Below the pieces are notes generated by a model. The model saw nothing but the letters and a program-made list of their open reading frames with translations. It did not search any database and was not told the DNA's origin. The translations under genes and the position numbers were made by a program. A stretch of DNA of 64,000 nt. Source: Candidatus Omnitrophota bacterium. Lineage in GTDB: Bacteria > Omnitrophota > Gorgyraeia > 2-01-FULL-45-10. Below are positions 39,807 to 50,444 of this stretch, one piece after another; within the stretch, counting starts at the first letter, position 1, and each line of letters starts with the position of its first letter. Location: positions 13,379-77,378 of the forward strand of contig JAGVGJ010000003.1 of assembly GCA_020057115.1 (NCBI GenBank). Direction: 5' to 3'.

Positions 39807-42533
39807 TTATTTATCCAGGTTCTTAAGGTTGTCTCTTAACTTCTGTATCTGCAGGACCAGCTCTTCTTTATAATCACTCTGTTTTTTCACGATCTCCTCG
39901 GGAGCTTTCGAGGTAAAATTCTCATCGCTAAGGCGCGAGGTTATGCTCGCTATCTCTTTGTCTATCCTGGCCTCTTCCTTTTTTATCCTCGCCTTCTCCT
40001 TTTCAAAGTCGATAAGCCCTTCGAGAGGCACGTAAACCTCTATGTCTCTCACTACGCTGACGGCCGAGCTCTTAGGTTTCGGGAATTTCCCGATCTTTAT
40101 GTCCGATACCCTGGAAAGCTTCCTGATTATGTCAGCTACGTCACTCAGGATCTTCTCGTCTTCGGGCTTATGTATGTTAAGTATGGCGTTTATCGTGGTC
40201 TTCGGGTCTATGTTCCATACTGAACGTATGTTCCTTATGGCTGTCACTATCTCTATCATATGCTGCATTTTCGCTTCCGTATCGCCGGAGATCATCTGGC
40301 TCTGAAGATGCGGCCATGGCTGGACCATGATAGAATCATCGCCGCCTGAGCGTTCGCGCGGCAGCTTCTGCCATATCTCCTCGGTCACGAAAGGCATGAA
40401 AGGATGCAGCATCCTCAAGGATTTCTCGAGTATCTTGTACAGGATGACTTGTGTTCTCTTCTCGGTTATGGAGAGCTTGACCATCTCTATATACCAGTCG
40501 CAAAACTCATGCCAGAAGAATTCGTAGATGGAATTGGCGGCCTCATTGAATTTATATTCGTCCAGGCATTTTCCGACATATCCAAGCGTCGAATAGAAAC
40601 GCGACAATATCCACCTGTCCGGGAATGAAAGATCCTCTTTTTTAAAGAACTCGCAGAGATCCACCCTTATATCTTCCGGCTTCAGGTTCATCAATATGAA
40701 GCGCGAGGCATTCCATATCTTATTGGCAAAATTCCTGCCGAGCTCAAACTTTCCTTCGGAGAGGAATACGTCCTGGCCCTGGGCTGTTATCGAGATTATG
40801 CTGAACCGCAGCGCGTCGGTACCATACTTCTTTATCATGTCGAGCGGGTCTATGACATTGCCCAGCGATTTTGACATCTTGGTGCCGGTGATATCCCTTA
40901 CCGTCCCGTGGATATAGACATCCTTGAACGGGATATCGCCCATGAACTCCATGCCAGCCATTATCATCCTGGCGACCCAGAAGAATATTATCTCCTGGGC
41001 GGTAACTAACGCATTCGTAGGATAGAAATATTTCAGCTCCTCTGTCTTGTTCGGCCATCCGAAGGTCGAGAATGGCCATAGCCATGACGAGAACCATGTA
41101 TCAAGGACATCCGGGTCCTGCTCGATATCGGTCGATCCGCACTTCGGGCACTTCTCCGGCTTTGTCTTCGCGACAATAACGCCCGTCTTCCAATCATCCT
41201 TACTGGCCCCTGGCCCCTGGCCCCTGGACCCTGCTCCAGCTACACATTGCTTACAATAGTAAACCGGTAATCTATGCCCCCACCATATTTGCCGCGATAT
41301 GCACCAGTCGCGGATATTGTACATCCAGTCAAGATAGACCTTCGTCCATCTCTCGGGATAGAACTTTATCCTTCCGTCCTCTACCGCCTTGATGGCAGGC
41401 TCGGCAAGCGGCTTCATCTTGACAAACCACTGGGGCGATAGCCTCGGCTCCACGACCGTATGGCAGCGGTAACAATGGCCGACGGCATGCCTGTGGGCCT
41501 CGCTCTTTACGAATAACCCGCGCTCTTTTAACTCTACAAGTATCGCCTCGCGCGCCTCAAAGCGGTCCATGCCCTCATAGTCTCCGCCATTGGCATTGAT
41601 CGTTGCATCATCATTCATGATATTTATCTGCTCTAGTCCATGCTTCAAGCTAAGACCGAAGTCGACCGGGTCATGGGCAGGTGTCACCTTAAGAGCGCCT
41701 GTGCCGAATTTGAGATCGACCATAGTGTCTTCGATGACCTTCAGCTCCCGCTCGAGTATCGGGAGGATGACCTTTTTGTCTTTCAGGCCCTTATATCTCT
41801 TGTCCTTCGGATTTATGGCTACGGCCACGTCTCCAAGCATAGTCTCCGGCCTCGTCGTCGCCACCACGATGAATTCTTCATCCGGCCCCTGGCCCCTGGC
41901 CCCTGGCCCCTTCACCGGATATTTTATGTAATACAGCATCCCATCCAGATCCTTATGCTGCGACTCTTCGTCGGAAAGAGCGGTCTGGCAGCGCGGGCAC
42001 CAGTTTATGATGTAATTGCCGCGGTAGATGAGCCCTTTTTCATATAATCTCACAAAAACCTCAAGCACCGAGTCGGACAACCCTTCATCCATCGTGAACC
42101 TGGTCCTCTGCCAGTCGCATGAGGCGCCAAGTTTCTTAAGCTGCCTTATGATGGTCGAGCCATACTCCTCTCGCCATTTCCAGACCTCTTCCACGAACTT
42201 CTCGCGTCCGAGGTCATGGCGTTTTTTGCCTTCCTTGGCAAGCTTACGCTCTACGACATTCTGCGTGGCTATGCCGGCATGATCTGTTCCTGGCATCCAT
42301 TCGGTCTCAAAGTCCTGCATGCGTTTGAAGCGTACGAGTATGTCCTGGATGGTATCATTGAGCGCATGGCCCATGTGGAGAATTCCGGTGATATTGGGAG
42401 GCGGTATGACTATCGAATACGGCTTTTTATTTGGATTTGAGGAGGCGTGGAAATATCCCTTCTCCTCCCACTTCTTATATGATCTATCCTCAACATCATG
42501 AGGATCATATGCTTTTGGTAATTCGTCGGCCAT
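39807..42533 (-). CDS. valS: valine--tRNA ligase
   Basis: HMGH and KMSKS motifs, editing domain, C-terminal coiled coil; contains two in-frame heptamer-repeat insertions. Confidence 0.95.
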   Translation of the reverse strand: MADELPKAYDPHDVEDRSYKKWEEKGYFHASSNPNKKPYSIVIPPPNITGILHMGHALNDTIQDILVRFKRMQDFETEWMPGTDHAGIATQNVVERKLAKEGKKRHDLGREKFVEEVWKWREEYGSTIIRQLKKLGASCDWQRTRFTMDEGLSDSVLEVFVRLYEKGLIYRGNYIINWCPRCQTALSDEESQHKDLDGMLYYIKYPVKGPGARGQGPDEEFIVVATTRPETMLGDVAVAINPKDKRYKGLKDKKVILPILERELKVIEDTMVDLKFGTGALKVTPAHDPVDFGLSLKHGLEQINIMNDDATINANGGDYEGMDRFEAREAILVELKERGLFVKSEAHRHAVGHCYRCHTVVEPRLSPQWFVKMKPLAEPAIKAVEDGRIKFYPERWTKVYLDWMYNIRDWCISRQIWWGHRLPVYYCKQCVAGAGSRGQGPGASKDDWKTGVIVAKTKPEKCPKCGSTDIEQDPDVLDTWFSSWLWPFSTFGWPNKTEELKYFYPTNALVTAQEIIFFWVARMIMAGMEFMGDIPFKDVYIHGTVRDITGTKMSKSLGNVIDPLDMIKKYGTDALRFSIISITAQGQDVFLSEGKFELGRNFANKIWNASRFILMNLKPEDIRVDLCEFFKKEDLSFPDRWILSRFYSTLGYVGKCLDEYKFNEAANSIYEFFWHEFCDWYIEMVKLSITEKRTQVILYKILEKSLRMLHPFMPFVTEEIWQKLPRERSGGDDSIMVQPWPHLQSQMISGDTEAKMQHMIEIVTAIRNIRSVWNIDPKTTINAILNIHKPEDEKILSDVADIIRKLSRVSDIKIGKFPKPKSSAVSVVRDIEVYVPLEGLIDFEKEKARIKKEEARIDKEIASITSRLSDENFTSKAPEEIVKKQSDYKEELVLQIQKLRDNLKNLDK
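41200..41245. repeat. heptamer tandem (CTGGNCC x5) inside valS encoding GAGSRGQGPGAS
   Basis: ctggcccctggcccctggcccctggaccctgctccagc. Confidence 0.7.
41881..41915. repeat. heptamer tandem (GGCCCCT x4) inside valS encoding GPGARGQGP
   Basis: ggcccctggcccctggcccctggcccct. Confidence 0.7.
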
Positions 42534-42534
42534 C

Positions 42535-42900
42535 TTACTCCATTCCTTCCACTTCTATAGACTCTACGAAAAATTCCTTCTGCATGTCAAACTCGAGGTC
42601 AGAGCTCTTGCACCCCGGGCACTCGAACGTCGGTGCGGAGACCTTGGAGAGCTTCTTGCAGGCCTTGCAATATATATCGAATTGCATAGTATTGATATTA
42701 AGGCGAATGTTCTTTAAGTCGGGTGCCTCATGACTGAGGATATGTTTGAATGTTTCCCTGAATCCATCCGGCTTCACGTGGCTTAACGGGCTCAATGCCA
42801 CATTGACTATTATGGGTTTCGACAATGCGCTTTTACCGAGTTTGGCTATCTCGCGCTTTAATATGAATATCGTCTCATTCGCAAATTTCAAATCGTGCAT
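42535..42900 (-). CDS. hypA: HypA-like Ni/Zn metallochaperone (hydrogenase/urease maturation factor family)
   Basis: MHDL N-terminus, CKAC-x13-CPGC zinc ribbon, C-terminal IEVEG; 1-nt spacing to valS. Confidence 0.6.
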   Translation of the reverse strand: MHDLKFANETIFILKREIAKLGKSALSKPIIVNVALSPLSHVKPDGFRETFKHILSHEAPDLKNIRLNINTMQFDIYCKACKKLSKVSAPTFECPGCKSSDLEFDMQKEFFVESIEVEGME

Positions 42901-42925
42901 TTTTATTTTTTCCTTTTACTATGAT

Positions 42926-43141
42926 CTACTTCTCCTTCGGCTGCCTGAATTTAACCACAAAATCCTTAGGGGCAGGCTTCCTGCCTCTACCGATGCCATT
43001 CTCCGGCCATACGAGCGCCAGGCAGTTTATACCGATCGCGGCTATTATAAGCAAAAACGCCCCCGTATCAGCATGGCGATATACAAATAGCGCCGCCAAT
43101 AGCGCCGTCGAGACCTCGAGCAATATCAATGCCTTCTTCAC
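42926..43141 (-). CDS. small 2-TM membrane protein (NfeD-like partner of SPFH protein)
   Basis: Position immediately downstream of SPFH gene; two hydrophobic helices. Confidence 0.35.
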   Translation of the reverse strand: MKKALILLEVSTALLAALFVYRHADTGAFLLIIAAIGINCLALVWPENGIGRGRKPAPKDFVVKFRQPKEK

Positions 43142-43171
43142 GATATATGCCCTCCCTTATTATCTATCTTG

Positions 43172-44044
43172 CTATTTTGTCTTGCCATCTTCCTTCTTTA
43201 ACGGCAGGATACCGGCAAGCTCTCCGATGACGTTCACGAGCTCCGTGTTGGACGGGACTATCACCTTGGCATTATTGGCAAGTGACTTCTCTACAGTCTC
43301 AAGCCGCCTCAAAACCTGCGCATTTCCTACAAAATACTTTTCCGCCGCCTCATTGACAAGCTTTATCGACTCGGCCTCGCCCTGCGCCTGAAGTATCTTG
43401 GATTGCCTAAGGCCCTCGGCGCGCTTGATCTGGGCCCTGCGCTCGCCGTCAGCGACCGTCTCTGTAGCTGTCGCGTAATCTATGGCCGCTATCTTTTCAT
43501 TCTCTGCCTTGACGACCTTGTTCATGGTCTCCTGGACATCCTTAGGCGGGTCTATCTCCTTAAGCTCCGTCCTTACTATCTCAAGGCCCCAGGTCGCTGT
43601 CTCATTCATCAGCGTCTTATGGAGTTCATCATTTATCTTTCCGCGCTCGCTATTGGCGGATTTCAGCGTAAGAGTGCCTATGATATTCCTTAAGGTGGTT
43701 CGCGCGAGATTGACTATCTGATAGAGGTAATTATTTACGCTGTACTGGCTGCGCTTGACGCTCTCCTCTTCGGGTTTGACCTTGAAATATACCTGGGCGT
43801 CTACCTTGGCATTAAGGTTATCGTTCGTGATTATCTCCTGCGGCTCGGCGTCGACCATCTGCTCGGTGACATTTACCTGATACATCACATCTATGAAAGG
43901 CATTATCCAGTGAAATCCTGGGTTCGCGAACCTGTTGTATTTTCCGAACCTCTCGATCAGGCCTCTGTGCGTAGGCCTGATGATCCTGATCCCCGCAAAG
44001 AACACGATAACAACCGCCATCACCGCAATATATACTATCGTCAC
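43172..44044 (-). CDS. SPFH/band-7 (stomatin/prohibitin-like) membrane protein
   Basis: N-terminal TM then SPFH domain and coiled-coil tail. Confidence 0.85.
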   Translation of the reverse strand: MTIVYIAVMAVVIVFFAGIRIIRPTHRGLIERFGKYNRFANPGFHWIMPFIDVMYQVNVTEQMVDAEPQEIITNDNLNAKVDAQVYFKVKPEEESVKRSQYSVNNYLYQIVNLARTTLRNIIGTLTLKSANSERGKINDELHKTLMNETATWGLEIVRTELKEIDPPKDVQETMNKVVKAENEKIAAIDYATATETVADGERRAQIKRAEGLRQSKILQAQGEAESIKLVNEAAEKYFVGNAQVLRRLETVEKSLANNAKVIVPSNTELVNVIGELAGILPLKKEDGKTK

Positions 44045-44188
44045 AATACCCGCCTTTCTAGATCGTTTTACTTAGTGTAGTCCGGACGTTTATATGCACC
44101 GCTATCTTCTTCCTCTTCCAGCTCCTCTTCCACTATATAATAAATAGGACTCTTCTTCTTGATTTTAGGCTTAGGCGCGGTCTCTTTT

Positions 44189-44455
44189 TCAATAGGCACG
44201 CCGAAAGGACCAAGTTCCGGAGCTGTCGTTCTCAATTGGTACGGGGTATATATTCGTACTCCCCGGAGCCACTTCTTTCATCGACGTAGGAGCTGGCTGC
44301 GCGTAAGGATATTTCATCCCGCTGTATGTCTGTTTTATCGGCGTCTGACGATTCTTCTGGACCTTGGCGCTCGTGCCATATGCTCCCTGAGCATGTGCGG
44401 GAATAGATATCAACACCGCAAGGAGTACTACGACCGATATTTTACCGATACCCAT
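44189..44455 (-). CDS. small secreted protein
   Basis: Signal peptide ...ISIPAHAQGA. Confidence 0.4.
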   Translation of the reverse strand: MGIGKISVVVLLAVLISIPAHAQGAYGTSAKVQKNRQTPIKQTYSGMKYPYAQPAPTSMKEVAPGSTNIYPVPIENDSSGTWSFRRAY

Positions 44456-44464
44456 ATCGCCTCC

Positions 44465-44707
44465 TTATTCTTCGTCAGCCTGCTCAACAGCTGTCATTTG
44501 GGATCCGGAATTCCCGGCGGTCTCCTCATCCGCTATGTTCGATTCGGACCGAGCTGCCTCTTCCTGGCCGGACATCTCGCTCGAGAGGTTCGAGCTCATC
44601 CCGGCTTCCGCGGCAGCAGTAGACTGCGACGCATCATCCTGCGCGTAAAGCGAAGCGGGCAATGTCAAAAGCGCTAATGCTAATGCTAAAACAAATATCC
44701 TGTTCAT
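44465..44707 (-). CDS. small secreted acidic protein
   Basis: Signal peptide then Ser/Glu/Asp-rich tail. Confidence 0.4.
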   Translation of the reverse strand: MNRIFVLALALALLTLPASLYAQDDASQSTAAAEAGMSSNLSSEMSGQEEAARSESNIADEETAGNSGSQMTAVEQADEE

Positions 44708-44729
44708 ATCCCCTCCGTATTTTATGATG

Positions 44730-45344
44730 CTATCGACCGCGACCTGTCTTGGCGCCCATAGCCTTCATCATGTCAGCCATGTTCGGCACTTCGAATTTTG
44801 TGTAGCCCTGCGGCATTTCGAATAAAGCCGTATCCTGAGGCCCGACCCGTAAATTCTTATACTCCACCGACCAGCTTCCGTCCTCTGCGGATGTCTTCAC
44901 CGGTATCCCGGATTGGATATCGACCCATTGAAGGACGGTATCCCGCCTTCCTGCAGTGCTATATGTGACGCGATACTTCCGCGCATTTCTTCCGTTTACA
45001 GATTCCTCTCCCAGGAAAGTCCTCTCTATCTCGCCGGGCATCTTTTCCGTGGCTCCCGCGATCTTCATAGGATCAAAAGGCTGTTCCATATACATGCCCT
45101 GATCAGGCATGACAAGCCATACCAATTTTTTGTCTATCCTTGTTATAGAGATAGCGCCGGCCATCTCCATACGGACTTTATCATTAGCTACGAACATCTT
45201 TCCTGTAGCGCTCCTGCCAGCTGCCGTACTGACCATGTCAGCGGAGAATTCAAGCGCTTCGGCCGCGCCTGCCAGAACAATGCTTGCCAATACTGTCAGA
45301 ACAACCGCTATTTTCTTCATTACTCCTCCTATTATCGTAATCAA
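44730..45344 (-). CDS. periplasmic LolA-like / DUF4412-like protein
   Basis: Signal peptide (likely start MKKIAVV about 24 nt inside the ORF); family assignment tentative. Confidence 0.4.
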   Translation of the reverse strand: MITIIGGVMKKIAVVLTVLASIVLAGAAEALEFSADMVSTAAGRSATGKMFVANDKVRMEMAGAISITRIDKKLVWLVMPDQGMYMEQPFDPMKIAGATEKMPGEIERTFLGEESVNGRNARKYRVTYSTAGRRDTVLQWVDIQSGIPVKTSAEDGSWSVEYKNLRVGPQDTALFEMPQGYTKFEVPNMADMMKAMGAKTGRGR

Positions 45345-45385
45345 ATTATATAAGGGGTATATTATACAATATTAAGTGGTATAAA

Positions 45386-46162
45386 TTAACTTAAAAAATC
45401 TTTTAAGCTTACTGCGGGGTTGTGATAACGTTTGCGGCCGGCCGTATTCTTGCCGCATTGTATTGCTTCTTGAGGGCACCATTGCAGGCATGCAAAACAC
45501 TGCTCACACTTATGCAACCACACAGGCTTCTTTTCCGCCATAGCTATGTTGTTGACCGGACACACCTTTTCGCATATTCCGCAGTTGTTGCACTTTTCGT
45601 CTGATCGGAAATGCTTGTCTTCGGAACGCGTCATCTTTAGCATTGGCGGATAGAGGGCCCTGCCAACCAGGTACCACAGCGGATTCGACCCTTCCATCTT
45701 ATGCGGCCGGCCCTGCCTGACAATATCGGCTATCTCGCCCGTCCTTTTAAATGCGGCGGCAAAAAGCTCTTCCTGTTTTTCTAAGGGGATCGCTCCGCCG
45801 AAAGGCGTGTAATTACTGGGCATCAGTATCCCAAAACCTGCGGAAAGATTTAAACCCTTCTGTTTTAAATGGCGGGCAACCTGCCAGAGAGCGCAGCCCT
45901 GCGCCCCGGCATATGTGGTAATGGCAAAAATATATTTGTCGAACGGCGCCTGGAGTTTCCTGATAAAGTCCAATACGATAAGCGGAGGGTTGAAAGCATA
46001 GACCGGGAATACCAGCCCTATCCTGTCTGCGGATATATCGATCTCGCCTTTCACGGCCTTGGCCACGGATACGACTTCGGCATCCTTCAGTTGAGCGGCA
46101 AGGTCCCTTGCTATCTTGAGACAGTTGCCAGTGCCGGAAAAATAAAATATAGTTGTTTTCAT
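45386..46162 (-). CDS. flavodoxin-domain protein fused to 2x[4Fe-4S] ferredoxin domain (EFR1-like)
   Basis: Flavodoxin-like N-terminus (IFYFSGTGN); C-terminal CNNCGICEKVCP...CEQCFACLQWCP. Confidence 0.65.
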   Translation of the reverse strand: MKTTIFYFSGTGNCLKIARDLAAQLKDAEVVSVAKAVKGEIDISADRIGLVFPVYAFNPPLIVLDFIRKLQAPFDKYIFAITTYAGAQGCALWQVARHLKQKGLNLSAGFGILMPSNYTPFGGAIPLEKQEELFAAAFKRTGEIADIVRQGRPHKMEGSNPLWYLVGRALYPPMLKMTRSEDKHFRSDEKCNNCGICEKVCPVNNIAMAEKKPVWLHKCEQCFACLQWCPQEAIQCGKNTAGRKRYHNPAVSLKDFLS

Positions 46163-46177
46163 TCCCTATTCTCCTGT

Positions 46178-46969
46178 TTATATCCGTTTTCTTATCACTA
46201 TACAAAAGTCCTCTGCTTTTTTAGAGGCGCTCTCTCTTACGCAGATCGTTTCTATGGGAATGCGGTTAGCGTTTATATAATCAAAAAGTTCCGATATGTC
46301 TTCCGGGACCCAGACATGATTGTGGATATAAGGATGAGCGCCATTTCTTGGGGGGTCCGTATTCTCATTATTATCTCTGACGTGTGTTGGATCATCTACA
46401 GGGACGCTCTTCTTGAAGTCGTCGATCAGGTGGCTCAACTTCGTCCTTTCCCTATTTCGGTCGAAAGTCTTACGCTTATCGGGTATCCTTAGCCAGAGAA
46501 TACCGCCCGGCTTCAATATCCTTAGCCACTCCGATATCGCCTTTATCGGATCCGTCAGGTGCTCCAGAACATGGCTTGCGCATACATAATCCAGTGAAGA
46601 GCCTTCTATCTTTGGCAGATCATGCGCATCTGAAACATAATCTACCTTATATGGGTGCTCGCTTGAAAAATCATCTACAAGGTCCACCAGTATCGACCCT
46701 TTGACCATATGCTTGCCGCAGCTTCCGATCTCAATACCCTTGCCCTTGCAGAACCTCCAGGGACCCTTCATATGCTCCCGCATGGCTTTAATAGCAACTT
46801 TGCCTATCCTGATCAGCATGGACAGGGCAAGGATCCCTGCGGCTATTGAATATATCCTGGTATTGTTCTTCCCGGCAAAAAAGAGGATCAAAACGGCTGA
46901 TATGAAAAAAATGAAGGATAGGAAATAGAGGTTATTCTTTATCTTCTTAAGCGCTGGCGTTTTTTTCAT
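46178..46969 (-). CDS. class I SAM-dependent methyltransferase with N-terminal TM anchor
   Basis: Methyltransf_11-like ...LDYVCASHVLEHLTDP...LKPGGILWL. Confidence 0.6.
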   Translation of the reverse strand: MKKTPALKKIKNNLYFLSFIFFISAVLILFFAGKNNTRIYSIAAGILALSMLIRIGKVAIKAMREHMKGPWRFCKGKGIEIGSCGKHMVKGSILVDLVDDFSSEHPYKVDYVSDAHDLPKIEGSSLDYVCASHVLEHLTDPIKAISEWLRILKPGGILWLRIPDKRKTFDRNRERTKLSHLIDDFKKSVPVDDPTHVRDNNENTDPPRNGAHPYIHNHVWVPEDISELFDYINANRIPIETICVRESASKKAEDFCIVIRKRI

Positions 46970-46992
46970 TGGGGGAGAATCCCGGCTATAAA

Positions 46993-47244
46993 CTATTTAA
47001 AATGAACGAATATGCGCCCAAAGTTCTTACTGTCCTTCTCTACGCGATGATACAGGCTCTTGATGCGCTTCTCTTCGAGGAACCGCAGGACCCGCTTCTT
47101 GAGCTGCCCGCTGCCTTTGCCCGGTATTATCTCCACAAGAGGTATCTTTTTCTCCACCGCCTCCATGATAACGCGGTCAAGCTCCTCTTCAATAGCCCTG
47201 CCATTATCAAATATGTCATGGAGATCGAGCTTCAATTTCGCCAT
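46993..47244 (-). CDS. Smr-domain small protein
   Basis: 83 aa, Smr-like ...LVEIIPGKGSGQLKKRV... Confidence 0.55.
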   Translation of the reverse strand: MAKLKLDLHDIFDNGRAIEEELDRVIMEAVEKKIPLVEIIPGKGSGQLKKRVLRFLEEKRIKSLYHRVEKDSKNFGRIFVHFK

Positions 47245-47280
47245 CTTCGCCTTTATCCAGGCCAGGGTCCAGGGATCAAT

Positions 47281-47327
47281 TAAAAACGCCCCTTATCCCT
47301 TCCAGCCATAAGCTGTAAGGGATAAGG
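47281..47327 (-). terminator. Rho-independent terminator after Zn-ribbon gene
   Basis: CCUUAUCCCUU...AAGGGAUAAGG stem (11 bp) followed by GGCGUUUUUAAUU. Confidence 0.55.
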
Positions 47328-47356
47328 TCTAGCCAAATAGGGCGTCTGCGGATTAT

Positions 47357-47548
47357 CTAGCGGCCGCTGTCCTTGCGCTTTGAAAAGCAGTCCTTGCAAT
47401 ATACCGGACGGTCTTCCCTTGGCTTGAAAGGAACTTCGCATTCTTTCTTACATTCCGCGCAAATTGCCTTGTGCATTTCCCGCGGTCCGCCAAATCCACC
47501 ACCTTGCTGATACGCCACATTACCCTCCCTTTGTTTTACTACTTGCAT
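47357..47548 (-). CDS. small CxxC...CxxC zinc-ribbon protein
   Basis: CAECKKEC...CKDC. Confidence 0.4.
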   Translation of the reverse strand: MQVVKQREGNVAYQQGGGFGGPREMHKAICAECKKECEVPFKPREDRPVYCKDCFSKRKDSGR

Positions 47549-47586
47549 GCCTACGAGGCATGCCTCTAATTTTTAAAAATGCTGCG

Positions 47587-49158
47587 TTATTTCTTTTTAA
47601 TATCTTTCAAGAGTTTATATTCGACAGAGTCAACTAGCGCTTGCCACGATGCATCTATGACGTTCTCGGAAACGCCGATCGTCCACCATGTATCATCTTT
47701 ATCTTCCGACTGTATCAGAACGCGCACGCGCGCCGCCGTGCCCTGTTTCTCGTCAAGAACCCTTACCTTGTAGTCCGTAAGGTGCATCTCGGCGAGCTTC
47801 GGGTAGAATGCCATGAGCGCTTTTCTGAGCGCGCTATCGAGCGCATTGACAGGGCCGTCGCCCTGGGAGGCGGTATGTTCAATATCTTTACCAACTTTAA
47901 GTTTAATGATGGCCTCCGAGGTCATCTTCCCGCCTCGTTTTTTCTCGATGATGACCCGGAAATCCTCAAGCTCAAAGAAGTCCTTGAACTTCTTCATCGC
48001 GCGCTTCATGAAGAGCTCGAGCGACGCCTCTGCTGCCTCAAAGTGGAATCCCTTATTCTCAAGTTCCTGGAGCAGCTTCAGGATGCTCTTGCCCTTCTCC
48101 TCATCCTTGCCGATCCCCAGGTTCATCTCTTCGGCTTTCTTGAGGATCGTCGATTTGCCTGATAGCTCTGATATCAAAAGCCGCCTGTGGTTGCCGATCA
48201 ACGATGGATCGATATGTTCGTATGTCCTTGAGTTCTTAAGGACTGCGTTGACGTGAACGCCCGCCTTGTGGGCGAATGCGCTGTTCCCCACGAACGGCTG
48301 GCTGTCCATCGGCTTCATATTAGATGTCTCTGCTATGAACCTCGATATCTCGGTGAGCTCTCTCAACGCCATATCTGAGACGCAGTCTATGCCGAGTTTC
48401 AATTTCAGCGCCGGTATTATCGACATTAGATTGGCATTGCCGCACCTCTCGCCATAGCCGTTTATCGTGCCATGGACCTGTATGCATCCTGCCTGGACGG
48501 CCGCGACGGAATTCGCGACAGCCATCTCACAGTCATTGTGGGCATGGATGCCGATCGGGACCTTGATTACGCACCTGACCTCTTCGACTATCTCGAAAAC
48601 TTGCGAAGTGATAGTGCCGCCGTTGGTATCGCATAGGATTATGCGCTTGGCGCCCGCGCCTTCGGCCGCCTTCAGGGTCTTGAGCGCGTATTCGCGGTTA
48701 TCTTTATATCCGTCGAAGAAGTGCTCGGCATCATAGAATACGGTGCGCCCCTTTGACGTAAGGTAGCCCACAGAGTCGGATATCATCTTCAGGTTCTCGC
48801 TCAAATCGCACTTGAATACATCCTTAACGTGGAGGTCCCAGGACTTCCCGAAGATGGTGATGTATTTCGTTTCGGCGGATAAAAGGCCTTTAAGTATGGC
48901 ATCCTGCGCGACCTTGGTATTTGCCCTGCGGGTGGAACCGAATGCCGTGAGCTTTGCGGTCTTAAGCTTATGCTTTTTCGCCTTCCTGAAATACTCCATG
49001 TCCTTGGGGTTCGCGCCTGGCCATCCGCCCTCGATGAAATGGACGCCAAGCTCGTCGAGCTTCTCGGTGATCTTAAGCTTGTCCGCAACGGAAAACGATA
49101 TGCCCTCACCCTGCGAACCGTCCCTTAATGTCGTATCATACAGCTCGATCTTCTGCAT
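47587..49158 (-). CDS. (R)-citramalate synthase / 2-isopropylmalate synthase family (CimA-like, 523 aa)
   Basis: DTTLRDGSQ and HAHND motifs plus LeuA-dimer C-terminal domain; size and context favour CimA. Confidence 0.85.
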   Translation of the reverse strand: MQKIELYDTTLRDGSQGEGISFSVADKLKITEKLDELGVHFIEGGWPGANPKDMEYFRKAKKHKLKTAKLTAFGSTRRANTKVAQDAILKGLLSAETKYITIFGKSWDLHVKDVFKCDLSENLKMISDSVGYLTSKGRTVFYDAEHFFDGYKDNREYALKTLKAAEGAGAKRIILCDTNGGTITSQVFEIVEEVRCVIKVPIGIHAHNDCEMAVANSVAAVQAGCIQVHGTINGYGERCGNANLMSIIPALKLKLGIDCVSDMALRELTEISRFIAETSNMKPMDSQPFVGNSAFAHKAGVHVNAVLKNSRTYEHIDPSLIGNHRRLLISELSGKSTILKKAEEMNLGIGKDEEKGKSILKLLQELENKGFHFEAAEASLELFMKRAMKKFKDFFELEDFRVIIEKKRGGKMTSEAIIKLKVGKDIEHTASQGDGPVNALDSALRKALMAFYPKLAEMHLTDYKVRVLDEKQGTAARVRVLIQSEDKDDTWWTIGVSENVIDASWQALVDSVEYKLLKDIKKK

Positions 49159-49163
49159 TTAGG

Positions 49164-50393
49164 CTATGCCCTCTTTTTGCTCAGCTTGAACTTCGCGTGG
49201 AGCGCCTTCACGGCTTCGGCTCCGAGCTCTTTCTTTACGACGCACGAGATCTTGATCTCGCTGGTGGATATCATCTCGATATTGATCTTCTTTCTGGCAA
49301 GCGTCTCGAACATATCCGCGGCAACGCCGGAGTGGCTCCTCATTCCGATCCCGACTATGGAGACCTTGGCGATGTTGTTATCGACCGTTACGTCGCCCGC
49401 GCCTATCGTCCCGGACGTCTCCTTAGCGACCTTGATCGTCTTGTTGAGGTCGCTCGTCGGAACGGTGAATGACACGTCCGTCGCGCCCGTCCTCGAAACG
49501 TTCTGGACGATCATGTCTACGTTTATATCTGCTTTGGCCAGGTCTTTGAATATCTTCGCCGCCAAGCCCGGCTTGTCAGGCACGTCGCAGATGGTGACCT
49601 TTGCCTCGTTCTTGTTTATAGCTACCCCTGAAACGACTGTGTCTTCCATCGCCTTTACCTCCTTGGAAATTATCGTGCCCATCTTATTTGAGAAACTTGA
49701 CCTTACGTGTATAGGAACATTGAACTTCATCGCGAATTCTATCGAGCGCGGCTGGAGTATCTGCGAGCCCAGCGACGCGAGCTCGAACATCTCTTCGTAA
49801 CTTATCTTGTCGATCTTCCTGGCGTCGGGAACTATCCTGGGGTCGGCCGTAAATACGCCCTCGACGTCGGTGCACATCTCGCAGATGTCGGCCTTCACGA
49901 CCCTCGCAATAGCCACTGCCGTAAGGTTCGACCCTCCGCGGCCGAGCGTCGTGATGTCCTGGTTCAGCGTGATCCCCTGGAAACCCGCGACTATCACTAT
50001 CCTGTTATCCTTGAGCTCGTCGAGTATGCGTTTCGCGTTGATGTCGATTATGCGCGCCTTGGTGTAAGAGGTATCGGTTATTATGCCTACCTGTGCGCCT
50101 GTAAAAGATATGGCGTCCTCGCCCAGCTTGTGTATGGCCATCGCAAGGAGCGCGCAGGATACCTGCTCGCCGGTAGAGATGAGCATGTCGAGCTCTCTGT
50201 CGGAAGGGTTATAGGTTATCTTGTGCGCCAGGTCTATCAGGTTGTCGGTCGTGTCACCGAGCGCCGAGACCACCACGACGACCTTATTGCCCTGCCTCTT
50301 GGTCTTTACGACGCGCCTTGCGACATTCTGTATCCTTTTTACGTCGGCGACGCTCGTGCCGCCGTATTTTTGGACTATTACCTTCTTCGACAT
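49164..50393 (-). CDS. lysC: aspartate kinase
   Basis: KYGGTSV N-terminus, two ACT domains. Confidence 0.9.
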   Translation of the reverse strand: MSKKVIVQKYGGTSVADVKRIQNVARRVVKTKRQGNKVVVVVSALGDTTDNLIDLAHKITYNPSDRELDMLISTGEQVSCALLAMAIHKLGEDAISFTGAQVGIITDTSYTKARIIDINAKRILDELKDNRIVIVAGFQGITLNQDITTLGRGGSNLTAVAIARVVKADICEMCTDVEGVFTADPRIVPDARKIDKISYEEMFELASLGSQILQPRSIEFAMKFNVPIHVRSSFSNKMGTIISKEVKAMEDTVVSGVAINKNEAKVTICDVPDKPGLAAKIFKDLAKADINVDMIVQNVSRTGATDVSFTVPTSDLNKTIKVAKETSGTIGAGDVTVDNNIAKVSIVGIGMRSHSGVAADMFETLARKKINIEMISTSEIKISCVVKKELGAEAVKALHAKFKLSKKRA

Positions 50394-50444
50394 ATCATTT
50401 AACCCTTTTTAGCTGAAAGCTGACAGCTGATGGCTGAAAGCTTC

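Noticed and set aside
47549-47586. Hairpin GCATGCC-tcgta-GGCATGC as terminator of the citramalate synthase gene
   Set aside because: The U-tract is on the plus strand, where no gene ends. On the minus strand it is not followed by U-rich sequence, so function is uncertain.
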